The notes beneath the pieces were generated by a model. That model had not been told where the DNA came from and did not search any database. It saw only the letters and a program-made list of their open reading frames with translations. A stretch of DNA of 56,111 nucleotides, the filler included, from Sluysia triapertura (lineage: Eukaryota): the NCBI GenBank assembly GCA_046118255.1. It is 4 parts of 4 records of this genome, joined end to end, with 100 filler letters (N's around TTAATTAATTAA, not from the genome) between each part and the next. Parts side by side here need not be neighbours in the genome. Positions count along the whole stretch, not along the records: positions 15,311 to 28,034 come from JBJNIA010086359.1; positions 28,135 to 40,956 come from JBJNIA010080043.1; 2 more parts are not named here. The stretch is one strand, 5' to 3'. Numbering within the stretch: position 1 is the stretch's first letter; every line of letters begins with the position of its first letter. Below, piece by piece: positions 25,521 to 39,711 of the stretch. Position numbers and translations under genes: made by a program.

Positions 25521-26024
25521 GCGTCTTTAAAATTTATTAGTTATTACAACTCAATATTATTAACTTGATTAGCTTAAAAGAATCTTAATAATTTCAATAG
25601 TCGGTATATCAGGTATAATTTCGCCGTAATCTTCTTTCTTAATATTAATAACGATTACTCCAAATTTAACTTTCTGAAAATCAAATCAAAACTAAGACAA
25701 CAATGTACTATTAAATAAAAATCGAAATAGAACTTATTATTATTAATATGAGTCTTCACTAAATAAACCAAAAAGAATTAAAATGAAAAAAATAACAATA
25801 GCGTATATAATAATATCAAGGATATTACAATCTAATTAAGACAAAACAACCAGGAGTGACGCAACACACATTAACAATATCAATATCTAGAAAATTAATA
25901 GTAATTATGTTATTTAAAAATTTTTGGTCAACCTAACAAAGAGTGATTACGATTACAATAAAATTATTTGGTAATAATAACTTTAAAAAAACTTAACAGT
26001 AATATACTCAATATTTTGGTAGAA

Positions 26025-26225
26025 TAAATTGCGTAGGGTGTTTCCCACAAAACTACTTTAATAATAGCTGAAAATCAAATATAATCTAAATATAATCTTT
26101 AACAAAAATTATGTAACATGTTTCTCATTTAATTAGCTTTAAAATAACTGGAAATCAAATATAGTCTTTTAACAAAAATTGCCTAGGGAGTTTCTTACAA
26201 ATTCTTTTGTGACAGCTAAAAATTA
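26025..26225. repeat. Degenerate ~150-bp tandem duplication
   Basis: AATTGCGTAGGGTGTTTCCCACAAA vs AATTGCCTAGGGAGTTTCTTACAAA; repeated AAATCAAATATA.TCT and TAACAAAAATT. Confidence 0.55.
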
Positions 26226-26337
26226 ACTAGAAATAACACACTATCAGCTTAAATTAAAATTATTCAAATTAAAATAAAATTAATTATTTATATTATTTTA
26301 ATAAAATAAATAAATAAATAGGAATTAAAGACTTTAC

Positions 26338-26560
26338 TGTGGTGGCCCAGCCCACACCTACCTACATATCATATAAATCATCTACACGAACCTCAACACA
26401 AAAATTACATCATAACAAATTTTATAAATATCATCCACAATATTACACCACTCATCATTATAAAATTACAGATGCCCAGTAAAATTCTTTGTATCAACAT
26501 TTTGTATCAAAATATTAAACTCAGGTTAATTGTCATTTTCATCATCATTATGATGCACTG
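26338..26560 (+). mobile_element. Diverged Family-1 5' fragment
   Basis: TGTGGTGGCCCAGCC start followed by a CA-rich tract. Confidence 0.45.
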
Positions 26561-26731
26561 CTCTCTTGTTTATTTTATATTTTAATATTTATGTCTAAAA
26601 TATAAAAGATTATTGTCCTTACTCTGATTATTTATCCACAACATCATTATAAAAAAGAAGAATCATTTTTGCTGAAATATTTATTTCTACTTGTAAGAGG
26701 TGATTTTAAAATATTATCACAAAATTATAAT

Positions 26732-26988
26732 TTTAAAGTTCAAATTGATTTTCATGTAGTATACCCATTCAAACCTCCTAAAATAACAGTTAAAACAAAA
26801 AATGTATCACCCTGACGTAGACGAAAAAGGACAAAGTTGTATGCCAATAACCACACCAGAAAATTGAAAGTCAGCAATTAAAATTGAATAAGTGATACAT
26901 AATTTGTAGCAATGATTCACGTAACAAATAGCAGTTTATCAAAAATGCTGAAGATTATACAAAGAAGTATGCTGAGAAGCATCCTTAA
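26732..26988 (+). pseudogene. UBE2L3: Ubiquitin-conjugating enzyme E2 L3-like pseudogene fragment
   Basis: FKVQIDFHVVYPFKPPKITVKTK / MYHPDVDEKGQSCMPITTPEN*K ... KNAEDYTKKYAEKHP*; frameshifts, stops and an internal deletion. Confidence 0.88.
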
Positions 26989-27340
26989 TCCAAAGGAACT
27001 TTAATTGTATTGGTTTATTTATATTATCGTTGTGCTTTAACAAGATGTGTGATCGTATAAATACAGAGTTTTTCACCTAAAAAGTTAGTATTAGAAATTT
27101 AAAAATTTCGAAATGTTTTTCAATATCATGAAGTGTTTAATGTTTGGCCTGAATATAATTACTTGTTTAAATTGTTGTTAATAGATGCTTCTGGAGTTTA
27201 TGACACCTATACAGTGAGTTATATTAGTACATTTGTTAAAACGTGATAAGAGAGCCAACAAATTGTAAGTTTGGGACACTGCTGGTCGAAAACGAGTTCA
27301 CACAATTACTTCATCGTACTGTCGTAGTACACACGATGCG

Positions 27341-27590
27341 TTGAGTAGTTTAGTATCGAAAACAGAAGATTTGGTTGATGCACTTGGACTTAATGCTGAT
27401 ATTATACCTTGCCTTGAATTTGATGCAACCGGTGAAATTGTGGCTAAAGGTGATAAAGGTGGTCGAATGGTGGTGTTCAAAGGGAGTCAATGTTTAGCTG
27501 GTCGAGTAGTAGATTATGCGGTACATTGTACATTTAGCAATCATAAAATAGAATTTGATTATGTAAAATCGTATGAAGTTAAAGAAGTAT
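27341..27590 (+). pseudogene. PPP2R2: PP2A B55 regulatory subunit N-terminal fragment (pseudogene or isolated exon)
   Basis: ADIIPCLEFDATGEIVAKGDKGGRMVVF...HCTFSNHKIEFDYVKSYEVKE matches B55 ADIISTVEF..GE.LATGDKGGRVVIF...TFQSHEPEFDYLKSLEIEE; similarity stops afterwards and the contig ends at 28034. Confidence 0.8.
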
Positions 27591-28034
27591 TGGTAATAAA
27601 AATGATTACTAATACTACATCAGATACGTCTTATTCGTTTTATAATATTATAGTTATTCATAACGAATTTGACATTCTCGAGCAATCAGAATATCCTTTT
27701 AGGTATTCTACTTATGAGTATATCGAAAACTGATTAAAATACTACAGTACTCATCAAATCAAAAAAGTATTTGCAATAAAAATAATAACCATTGTTTTGA
27801 TAAATTTAAAATTTAGTTGTTTTTATTTTATTTTACACGTTAAAATTTTCCGTCTAGTAAAAGTAATTAAATTTGAATTTTATAAAAGCGTTTGGATTAG
27901 TGAAGGATAAAGGTTGATATAAGGGTCAAAACTTAGGATAACAGAATAAATTGAACGTTATTAAAGAACTAAGACAAGGTATTATGATGAACTGTAATAG
28001 TGGGATAAGCATATAAAATACTTAAATTAAGATA

Positions 28035-28134
28035 NNNNNNNNNNNNNNNNNNNNNNNNNNNNNNNNNNNNNNNNNNNNTTAATTAATTAANNNNNNNNNN
28101 NNNNNNNNNNNNNNNNNNNNNNNNNNNNNNNNNN
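28035..28134. other. Artificial contig-joining linker
   Basis: 44 N + TTAATTAATTAA + 44 N. Confidence 0.95.
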
Positions 28135-30114
28135 ACCGACTGACGTAGGCGAACCCAAATTATAAATATAAAATTTTTTCATAATTGTTCAGGTAGGAAT
28201 AAAACCGAACATATAAAAGACTTAACTAATCGATATTTTTGTTATATTTATGGATGAAAAGAAAACCATACAACAGTCGAAACGAAAAACAATCGAATAA
28301 CAGGTTAAGTTTAAGAAGTCAAAAAGTAAAATAAATCCTATAATATTAGAATTAGAATTAGATCTTCATTTTTTATTAATGCAAGATCATATAATTTATA
28401 AAAGAAAGATGTACAAAGAAATATAACAAGACAGAATAAGAATTAACAAAAAGTTCTGTACATTAAAATTATTAGTTCTATTTAAATTAATTCAAATCTA
28501 CATAAATTTATGTCCAGATGGTCTTAAACAGAAATAAATTAATGAAGTTTAGAATTATGATAAAGATAATTGTAATTATAAGGCTAACAGGAATAAATTA
28601 AAATTATTATTATTCTTAATAATAATAGCAGTCTAAATTCAATATGGCCTCCAAGCGTTGCTTTACTTAGCAAAACAATTTATCGTATTAAAAATGGCGG
28701 CCACACTAATGACATTTGTATTAGCTATTTGTATACTGATATAAGTCATAGGTTAACTCCAATTTATCATTTTATAATTGCAAGGAGATTTTCACTAACT
28801 TACAATGCAAATAGAAATCTGGGTTGAGTCCACCTAACAGAAACGGCTTAAGTCTGGATGGCGACGGTGTATTAGGCTTTTAAGAGAAAGTCAAAATTCA
28901 ACTTCGGAAAAGTCACGTATAAATTGTTGATTTTAGATAACGATTACGTACAGAAAATATGATTATATTTTGATAATTTTTAATTATATTTTAAATGATT
29001 TTAAGTTAGCATTTTTCCGGTCTAACTTGGGAAAGCTTTATGAGATATTATATGATTTTAAGCTAGCCTTGTTTTAATTTTTTAAATTTAATTTTGATTT
29101 TAATTTTTTGTGATATAAGACTTCAAATGAAAAAATCTTTTTTATACAAATTGTCAGACGGATATACAAGGAATAAAACAAATATAATAATAATACGAAT
29201 TTTAACACTTAAATCTAAATTATTAGATTTAGTGTGGTAAGTTCAGTAAAAAGTTAACTTATCCTTTTTAGGGTATAAGTTAAAAATCGTTAAATATTTT
29301 ACTTCTCCCAGTTACGGTAAGAAGGTAAACTTAATATAAAAATCTTACTTTATTCATGGAATGGAAACTGTTAGATATTGAGACGACCAAATATTGTTTT
29401 AGCAAACTGCTTGTTCTGAAAATTCCATTACACCTACTGGTTTATATATAAAATTTTCAGCAGCCATGTTGCATGTTTATTAAATTACATTAATTAGACA
29501 AATGTATAAAATTAGTTTAACTAAACAAATATAAATTTATTTTAAATTAAAATAACTTGGTTTAATTTTATTTTAATTATTTCAATTTAGCTTAGTAATA
29601 AGTAAAATCGTTAAATATTTTATTATTTAATTTCTAGAAGTTAATTTTAATCTTTTAATATTATTAGTTTTTGATATAATAAAAATAAATATTTTAAATA
29701 AAGTAAAAATAAATAATCATGTCCAATAAAATTATAATTATTATAAAAATTCAGTCGATTTAATGAAATTTGGTTGAATTGTTTAAAGTTCGGTCTGTTT
29801 CAGTGTGTTTAATTCCTCATCCTCACATAATTATGTTTTGTTGTCATTTTGTAGTTGCAGTTTTCCAACAATTTATTATTAAAATTTGTCATATTTTTAA
29901 CAAGTTGACAGCCTTTTGACGCATAAAGAAGTTTTGAATGGAGACCGTATTATTAAAACACTTATGATTCGGAAAAGGCAATCGACACAGTGAGCTTTGT
30001 TAAAACTTTTCTAATGCACAGAAATTGTTTCAACATCAGGCGGATTCAAACAAACAATCTCATAATCAACCAATCATTAAAAGTCACTATGTATGCGTTC
30101 CAGAAAGTACATAT

Positions 30115-30360
30115 AGTAAGGATGCCCAACTGTGGATCAAAAGATGAGTGACATATAGAATATTATGAACAATGTTGGAGTAAGAATGATGGGAATGAAA
30201 ACATTAGTAATAATGTTAACAGCTGAATTATACCTTGGAGTTCCAAAGACCTAAGTAAGGTGTTGAGACCTTGTAAAGACTTCAAAAACCTTTAAAGGCA
30301 TTATTATACCTTTGAGCATCTGAACCTTGACATCATTTAAGATCTTATTCACCTTTAGCA
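30115..30360 (+). repeat. Family-2 dispersed repeat copy
   Basis: Blocks reverse-complementary to 16660-16845 (AACTGTGGATCA, TGTTGGAGTAAGAATGA, TACCTTGGAGTTCCAAAGACCTA). Confidence 0.6.
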
Positions 30361-31640
30361 ATATTGAAATGTTGTGTCTTCTTATATATTTATTTTTAAA
30401 TTACCAAATTAAAACCCAATAACTAAAAAAATGCAGAATCTCGATATATTCTTCAATAAATCACAATTATACAATGAAAATTCTTTATAATAATATTATT
30501 ACAAATTATTCTTTAATAACAAAACGTCTTTGGTTATAAACTTCAAGATTATTAATCTTTTAATATTAACAAATCACTACCATGGGTGACCGAAGATAAA
30601 TGTTAACCAAAATAAAAACAGGTTACTAACCTTTTTTCCTAAATCCCCCGAATTAAATTAGCGTTCCTGTAGCGAGGAAGTTCTTGATTCTTCCTGATCT
30701 TATTTTCTGACTGTTTTTTGTGCGTGAAATTTCTGAAAAAATACAACAGTTTTTATAGCAGTTTTATGATGATTTTGGAAATTGAACGAAAAGGAAATTA
30801 AAGCTGTTGATGATAAGCCGACCAATTTTAATGATTAAATTTCGACAGCAATTTCCTTCTGTGTCCAATTTCATTATCATTTTAATTATCTAAAGATAAT
30901 TGGATTTGTGGTAAACAATTCCCTTATCTTTTCAATATCATTAAATGAAAATGTATTATCATTATTATATTGTTATTATAAGTGAGAATAAAATTAATGG
31001 AATACAAAATTTATTTTTCTATAGGAATCTTTTGTATAATACGTTGTTTGTCAACCGTATGTCGCACGTCAAGTTCAATAACATATTTGGATTAGTATCT
31101 TTATAAAAATCAATTTGATATATACTCTATTAATACTTAGAATTCGGAACATATCTCACTTTAATTTTAAATTATAAAAACTAATTAAAGTAACTAATTT
31201 TTACATTATCTAAGTTGACGTGATTCGTAATATTTCATCAGTAAAAATACTAATAAAACTCATAATTATACACTAAATCTAATATCATTATATCATGAGC
31301 AAACATTATTAAATTAAACAAATTTTAATTAAGTTAATTAACAAATGTGCTTTTAATATTTCTTCGTATTTTCTCACTCTTTTGTTTTGATTCAATTATT
31401 TTATAAGCTTATTTTGCCATTACAATTCATCATCATACTTTATCTTAATTCTTTAATGATGTTTATTTTATTTTGTTATCATGAGCATGACCCGTATGCT
31501 TCTCATTATCCTTAACTAATCCCAACAGAAACCTTGATAAGCATTTAAGATTTTTTAGTAACTTTATTGGGTTGTTTAAATCCTTAAAATATGTAAGAAT
31601 GAAAATCATTGTTAGTAATATTTGATACAATAGTAAGGTA

Positions 31641-32356
31641 TAATTTTGGTTCGATATAAATACTGTCAATCCATTATTATTAAAATGAGGTGTTAGATTG
31701 ATAAAAATTAACTAAAACAGGATCAATATGGTAAGGTGAAAGCATCTATGACATATGCAGTGGGAATTTTCAACGGCTTCTGATGAGGTTCCATCATGAT
31801 ATTTAGCATTGTACATTGGTTGTGCCATGGGATAACTTTCTTAGGGATAATTGAAAATATGCTCCTATAATATACGATGATTTATCTAAACAAATGTGGC
31901 ATATCGACAAATATCTTTGTTACAACGAAGACCTCCTTATCGCGAAGTATATCCTGGAAATGTATTTTATCTAAATTCACGATTACTTGAAAAGGCAACT
32001 GAAATGAATCATCAATATGGAGATGGTTCTGCTCATCCGGTGATCGAAATTCAGGCAGGAGATGTTTCAGCATACATACCAACAAATGTTATTTCTATCA
32101 CTGATGGACAAATATTTTTGAAAATATAGTTGTTTTATAAAAGGATATGTAGACAGCTATAAATGTTGGTTTGTCGGATCAGCAGCATAAACTAAAGGAA
32201 TAAGGCTGGAAGAATGAAGTTAGAATTAGTACAGTATCGTGAAGTAGCTGCTTTTGCTTAATTTTGGTTCGATATAAATACTGTCAATCCATTATTATTA
32301 TTAAAATGAGGTGTTAGATTGATAAAAATTAACTAAAACAGGATCAATATGGTAAG
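31641..32356 (+). pseudogene. ATP5F1A: ATP synthase F1 alpha subunit pseudogene fragment with duplicated 3' block
   Basis: [83 protein letters not shown]; many stops and frameshifts; ends at a gtaagt donor. Confidence 0.93.
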
Positions 32357-33769
32357 TGTTTTTCATAAAATATGTATGCTATTTATGGTTGTTGACGATA
32401 TAAAAACAAGCATCCACAGCGCTTAAAATCTTCGTAATATTTAGGAATAAAAAGAATTTGCCTTTTTCCTTGAATATTTCACAATCTCCTATTAAAGCAA
32501 TACTTTCTAAAAACGAAAACAAAAATTCAAGAATTCGAGAAATTTCATTAGGTTTGATGGGTTCATATGTTCATCAATTTGTGTTGAGTCTTAAATCAAC
32601 TATTAATAAGAACTTAATAGTTGAATTAACCAAAAAAATTATTTATTATTTTCAAATTAAAAACAACAAATCAATACTATTGTAGTGATACAGCCTCATA
32701 GATTATATACACTACCCTTACTTTAATCAAAATCACACAAACTCCATTACAAAAATCACACTAAAATAAAGTACAATTATAATCTTTACACTATTACACC
32801 TTTCATCATTAACAAAACATAGACGTATAATAAACTCTAACATTTTTTAATGTTCTGCTTATTGATGTATAAGTAACAATTGTCGTCACGCCACCACCAT
32901 GTCAACATCACTCTTTTAGTGTATCCTTTTTATATAGAACTATTGTAAATGCTTTATACATCGTGTAATATTTTATATCTAAGATTTATACTGTACTTTC
33001 ATAAAGACATTTCGAGAAATTTCTTCCTCAAATGATCTTTCGTCGAATGTTTATGTATAGAAGAAACTTCCGAATGTCTCCATAGAAAATGTTTTTTCTA
33101 AACCATCGATATATTTTAATTGGCAACAATTAAATGGTCAACGTTTATTGTGAATGGAAAACATGACTATTTTCACTATAAAAATTAATACACGATTTAA
33201 TTATCTAAATTCGTGTTTTTTGGAATTCTTATTTAAAAATGGATTTTAAGGCTTCGCCAATGTCATGCCAAATGAAACGTGATAAAAAATACAAACACCA
33301 GATTTTATCTCTTCAATCATCATCAATAAATCATAATTTTATAATACTTCACCTATAACATATGGTGATTTCTGAACTCTTCTCTAATGGAAGTGCAAGT
33401 TTTTAAGTCTCTGGACGCCAGCAAATTAGCTCACTTAATTCACTAAAGTTTGTTTACACAAAATTCGATATATAAACCTACAGCGCACTAGAAGAACCAG
33501 AAGTAATATGGAATATTTCAGTAATAATATTTTACAAGGTTTATTGAATTTTCAATTTAATAATGTTACTCATTAAATTGAGTTTTGATTAATTAATGTG
33601 TAAGTGAGTGTCGCTTGAATTGTAACACTTAATTATGTACTAAATCAATATTTAACAATAAATGATTTGTATAATCAATGTCTGAAAAATATCCATAAAA
33701 ATTGTTTTGTTTTGTTTTAATATTCCACATTTTTAATTACATAAAAAATGTAAAAGTAAAAATTAATCT

Positions 33770-34560
33770 GTGAGATCAATGAAAAATCAAGGCGAGAGTG
33801 AATTTAATAACTTCGATCTACTTGATTATATTAAATATACTACTTACTACGGCGAAGGATATGATTACATACAACATTTAGTCGGTATGAAAAATTTCAA
33901 AAATCCTAACTTTGGGTTACCGGTAATTAAATTTCACAAAGACTCTGATCGAAATTCGATCTTATTTATGTTCCGCATCAAATGAACAGTGTTAGTTCAG
34001 AAGCTTTATACCATAATGTGACTTGGTCGGTCATTTCAAATAACTATAGGTAATTATAAAGTATCGATAATATCACCTGATTCAGATCAGTTAAACAAAG
34101 AATTATTCTTGATAAATCGATTGCCACAATTTGAAATAAATCCTGAGGCAGTGAACCATTATTTTCTACGAAATGTTTGCATGATCGTGTTGTCGATGGA
34201 ATACCATCGATTATTAAAAATCCTAGATTTAGTTGGTCTATTTATTCAAATGATTATTTGTATTTAGAACAAGGTTTGACGTGTGAGCAGTGTGGTCCAA
34301 AAGGCGTATGGATATTGTTTAGTTGGATACCTAACTGATTGTTTAAATTCAAAATTGCAAATGAAAATATTGGAAATTCAAAATCAAGTTTATGTATTCA
34401 TGCAGAATCGTAATGATGAGTATTCTATTAGACAGAGGCAGAGCTTAGGAGATCAAGATGGTTTAAGAGTGCGTGGAATCTTAGCGTTGGATAAAGACAC
34501 TGATTTAAGATTCGCAACTTGTCTTGATAAATTGCTGAAGTTAAACGAAGCGAGGCGAAC
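33770..34560 (+). pseudogene. Decayed protein-coding remnant, family not recognised
   Basis: Coding-like composition across shifting frames (YYGEGYDY, VPHQMNSVSSEALYH, LHDRVVDG, NDYLYLEQGLTCEQCGPKG). Confidence 0.35.
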
Positions 34561-36379
34561 CTGCAATAAAATCTTTATTACGAAATGTTTGTTATTAGTG
34601 AGACGAGCTTACAATAAACTTTTTACTACAAAATGTTCGTCAAACTTGTTTACGATTTTATTTAGTGTATCAACAACCACCATCATTTTATATAATAAAT
34701 TCAATCGGTGTTATTTTTTTGTTATTCACCCTCCGAGACATTTTGTAATTATTTTTAAGTGCCTTAAGCACAAAATTGTTAATAAAGATTGTCTATACAA
34801 TCAAGATTTTAAATGTAACGATAAATTTTATAATTTGTTTAAGATCTTTTTGATTTTCGATAATAAAAATAATAAACTGTTAACCACAAAATGGTGTCAG
34901 GATAAAACAGTAAAGACACCCACAATCATTGTTGATACACAAAACTTTTATTACGTTGCTAATGGTGTTTGTGGTGATGATATGGGCGACAATATACGTT
35001 ATAATTATAAGACCCATAAAATTACACATAAATTTAATTTTAAAGATTAAAAGATTAAAAAATTTAGCTAATAATTTTAGAATAGACTTAGTTACATGCA
35101 CACCTACTATATGTTTTAAGTCCTGCAGTGTAGCCTAACTCTGCTTAAAAATTAATTTTGTGTTGATTTAAGAACAAGATAAAAATCAATTCAGTGTAAT
35201 GTACAAATAATTAGAAAAACCAAAATTTGTACGTATTTATAGAACTAGTTCAAGTTATTGAAACTGAGGCTTAAAATAAAAATCCCAATATTAAATTATG
35301 CGACAAATTTTTTTCGTGCATCAAAAGTTTAATGAAACAAAATGGTCTGATTCGCATGTATATGAATCAGAAATTTTCTAATGGGACGTTTTAAAAAATG
35401 TGAATATTAGAATTAATCGCAAATATTATTTTTTCTTTATGTAAATATAGAACATCCATGTACACATCTAATAAATAATGGTTATGAAAAACTAATTTAA
35501 ACCTAAAGTTGTATCTAACACTCAATTATGCTTAAATCTAAAATAAATATAATAAAATGAATCTAATTTTAGAAGTGTTGATAAATTTAGAGAATACATT
35601 AAATTCAAGAATTGTAATAATTCCATTTATTCAGTATTAAATATAATTTTTTATTTGTATGTTGCATAAATTTATTTACTTTTTACCATTATTTTTATTA
35701 TAAATGAAGCCATTTTTATTCTTTTATGTCGCCTGCTTACTTTAAATAATTATTACATTCATTTACTTTGACGTACAATTCTAACAATACACAGCAATAA
35801 ATTATTGATATTCATAAATTATTGATATGTACCATCATATATTTTTTGAGTATGACATTTAAAACGCATTTTCCAAGAAATTATTTTATTTTAGTATTAT
35901 CAATAATTATATACATATATGTTAATAACATTAAAAATAATTTATAATAATAAAAATGCTAAAATTTGTATCATCAACCATATTTGATAGCAATGATAAC
36001 AATATTGAAGAATAAAATGGAATTAAAAAAAATTATGACAGTTATTAATTAATAATGATAATGATGATTTTGTCTAATGAAAAGATTATGTATACATAGT
36101 TTTATTTAGCAACATCAATATATAGTACAAAATCAACGGGTCTACCATTTGTAAAAATACACTTGTGTATGTATGTAAACTAAATTTCTAATTATTTTAA
36201 TCACAAGTATATAATTATTTGTATCTTTCGCAATGCTGACTAAAATGGTTATCATGACAACAAATGAAGCTACTCTTAATTACTACTGTTTAATATGCTA
36301 TAATTTTATTCGATACTAACAAGTTAATCTATATAAATATCAAAATTCATCTTGGAGTTTATATATACATTCCGTGTAG

Positions 36380-36602
36380 TGTACAGTGACTCGATTAAAC
36401 ATGCAAAGAAATCATTTAAAAACAGCGTTGGAAAATTTTTTAATTAAATCTTCAAATCCTAAAGATCGTGAAAGGGCAATGGATATGCTTTCTGTTATGG
36501 AAAATAAAGAAGACATGGCAAAGTTAGGTCGAGAGAAATTGTTAGAATATAAAATGAAAGTTGGACTACGTCGGCCGCATACAGCTAATGCAAATTTATC
36601 TA
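36380..36602 (+). CDS. Probable exon of an unidentified host gene
   Basis: AG acceptor at 36378-79 and gtaag donor at 36603; open, protein-like frame CTVTRLNMQRNHLKTALENFL...KVGLRRPHTANANL. Confidence 0.45.
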
Positions 36603-36833
36603 GTAAGACTATTTTTACATTGCTAATTTATGTAGGGTATTTGTTTATGCTTAACTTTTAATGTTTACGTTTATATTACAAATGAAAAAAATTTGAAAAG
36701 TATTAAATCATATTTAATATAATTTTTTTGAGTCGTACATTTCATTTTATATTAAATAGAAATCAATCGTTATCGCATTTGTTTCAACTACAATGAACTC
36801 TCATTAAATCACATTAAATTTAGAATTAATAGA

Positions 36834-37357
36834 AAGTTTTGGCTGCTATCCGATGTTAGAAGCAAATATCTTGTAAACGGTTTTCCGTACTTAGGCAAAG
36901 ATCAAACATTCCCTTGAGCGAATTTGTAGTAACTAAGCTTGCAGAGCCATATTTAGGTTGTGGACGAATTATTACGAGCATTTCACTTGAAAAAAAGTTA
37001 CATGAGAAGAAAACTACTATATGTGCAAACCGAAAAGAATTACCTAAAATTGCGAAAACTAAGAAAGATAAAATTACACAGTTTTCTACAAAACTTTATA
37101 AATCTGAGAATTATACCCTGACCATTTATAAAAGCAAGTCTAATAAAAAAGTTTTACTACTACGTTCAAAACATAAAAATATAAACACATTAAAAAAAAT
37201 ATAAACTTACTCCAGAAACAGTAAGATGTTATAATAGCGTGAATATGCTTGACCAAATGGCCTGAAAATATAGCTTAAAAGCAAGCTCACGCAGATGACT
37301 TCTACAAGTTTTCTATAAGATTTTAGATTTAACAGATATCAATGCTTGGATTCTGTA
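36834..37357 (+). mobile_element. piggyBac (PGBD4-like) transposase relic
   Basis: KFWLLSDVRSKYLVNGFPYLGK, ANRKELP, KKVLLL.SKH, PETV..YN..V..LDQM..KYS....RR, INAWILY; possible 3' TIR CCGTTAACGTG at 37868-37878. Confidence 0.9.
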
Positions 37358-39711
37358 TGTTGGGATTAGTAAAAAGCAAAGGTAGATGTAAAGGTTCAAG
37401 ATTCAGGATGACATATAAGGTAAATGTTATTGAGAAATTGAGATAGGGGACTATGACGAATTGTAATGATAAGATAAGTACATAAAATACTCGAATCAAG
37501 CTAAGACAATGAGAAATACGAAGAAATAACCTTTTATAAGGTTTTATTTGTTAAAATATTAAAGTACATTTGTTAATTAATTTAATTAAAAATTATTTAA
37601 TTTGATAACTCAATAAAAAATATTTGCTCATGATATAATGATAACAAATTTAGTATATAATGTTGAGTTTTATTATTGCTTTTAGTAATGAAGTGTCACG
37701 AAGCACGTCAATGCAAATAACGTAAAATTAGCTATTTTAATTAATTTTGTAATTTAAAATTAAAGATTAAACATGTTCAAATGTCTGAACATTAATAAAG
37801 TATATATCAAATTAAAGCTTGCAAAGAAACAAGTCAGTATACGCTAATGAGATTGACGTGTGACGTACCGTTAACGTGTTACCTATGATATAAAATATTG
37901 TTATTAAAAGAAGTTATAGATTATAAACATAGGTAAATTAGGATGATGTATTTTTATATCTGTTTGTATAATTCTATTTGTGACATTAAATTGTGATATG
38001 ATTATTTTAAAGAGATATGGGCTTGTTCTTCACAAAACTCATTATCTCCAGATAATCGTCAGGCAATCTAAAGTCGTAAATTCATTGGAAAGTAATATTA
38101 AAATTCCATTTTTGTAATGGGTCGGAATAAAACTGAATCTAAGAAAATAGCATGTGTAGTAGACATGCAAAATAATTAAATTGAATTCCCGACTATCTGA
38201 CAATTATCTCGATATTATATAAAGAATTAACTTTTTACATAAAAAACACAACAACAATCGAAAAAAACGATAAAAGTAACAATTGACAAATTAGTCAAGA
38301 ACTATTAAAACATCTTCTTGCTCTAAGGACGGTGGATTCAATTGAGTTGTGAATAACACTCATTGAATCTTTTCCTTCAGCAATAACATTAAAATAAAAA
38401 TAAGTTTATGTGGTAGTAGAGAGTTAGGATTCATTTTGTCTTTATTATTATTTTATATTTTATTTGTAGTAACAACATTTATGTTGTGTAACCCCTGCGA
38501 TTTTTAGAGAGTTAAACAATAACTTATTAAAGAATTTGATTTAAGGAAGTATTTTAACTATATAACAAGTTTGATTTATAAAGAAGTTGATTTATAGAAC
38601 TATATTTGTCACATAAAAGATTTGATTTGTATAATTATTATACAAGAATATATCGAGATTCAGTTTTATTTAATTTTTAGTTATTAAAGAGGGATATCAA
38701 TAAACGAAAAAACACAACACGAATAAAGAAAAATAATAGATAATCGTAAATCACGTTTTGTGTCTAATAAAGTTTGACAGTCTGTACCATCTAACTGTCA
38801 AATTTATTATTGTTGGATTAATTCTCAAAGAATGTTACAGTGATTTGTGTGAGAGAATGTCTAATCAAAAATTTGGGAATGATTGGATGATAAGAAAATA
38901 TAAAAATGAATACGAAAAAATTTAACCTCTCAACAAAACAACAGTAACAACAATTAATAATGCAAATGAGAAGATCCATGCTTTAAGTAATTTTTGAATT
39001 TATTTTATAATTAAAAACAATATTAATTTTGGGGATTTTATTAAAATAGTTTTTGTTTTGTGCTGTTTTGGGAAATTTATATTTGATTATTATTAAGAAA
39101 TAAGAGTGAATAATAGTTAATATTTATTTTAGTGTTGAGTCACCTATGATTTCTTTTGTATAGATTGTTGTATCCTTAATATTATTATAAAAATTACTTT
39201 TAATCTTGTGATTGAATCATTTTTATTATTGTTAAAGCGGAAATTTATAATATAAATTTGTATTTGTAATTATCAAATTATTGAGTTGTTATTAATTTGA
39301 TATAAAATCTTAATTTTTCGGTTGAATAAATATAATCATGAAAATAAGAAAATTTCTGATAATTTATACTAGGTATAGTGAGTATTGAAATTATTGAGAT
39401 TCTGTTTAAGTTGGCTAAATTGATATTGATTTATCGTAACTAAGGTGGACGAAAAATACATAACAACAGCAGTTTTTTAATGCATCTCGTTTAATAATTG
39501 TTGAATAATTATAAAAAAAATATAATTTATTAATGATTATACCCTCTAATTTGATTATGACAAAAATATTTAGTTATTACATAAACGACATTTAATTTAA
39601 AAAAATTAATTTTGGGGTATAACAGAAATATAACAACACTTAATTTAATAATTAATTAACTTTAAAATTAATTTTTTTAAAAAGCCAATAAAGTCACCAT
39701 TCATTAAGATT

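Noticed and set aside
28690-28705. AAAATGGCGGC YY1-like promoter motif
   Set aside because: Single short motif with no adjacent supported gene start.
31896-32129. Organelle or bacterial atpA insertion (NUMT/HGT)
   Set aside because: Reads in the standard code, resembles the nuclear-encoded mitochondrial alpha subunit and ends at a gtaagt splice donor; a decayed nuclear duplicate is simpler.
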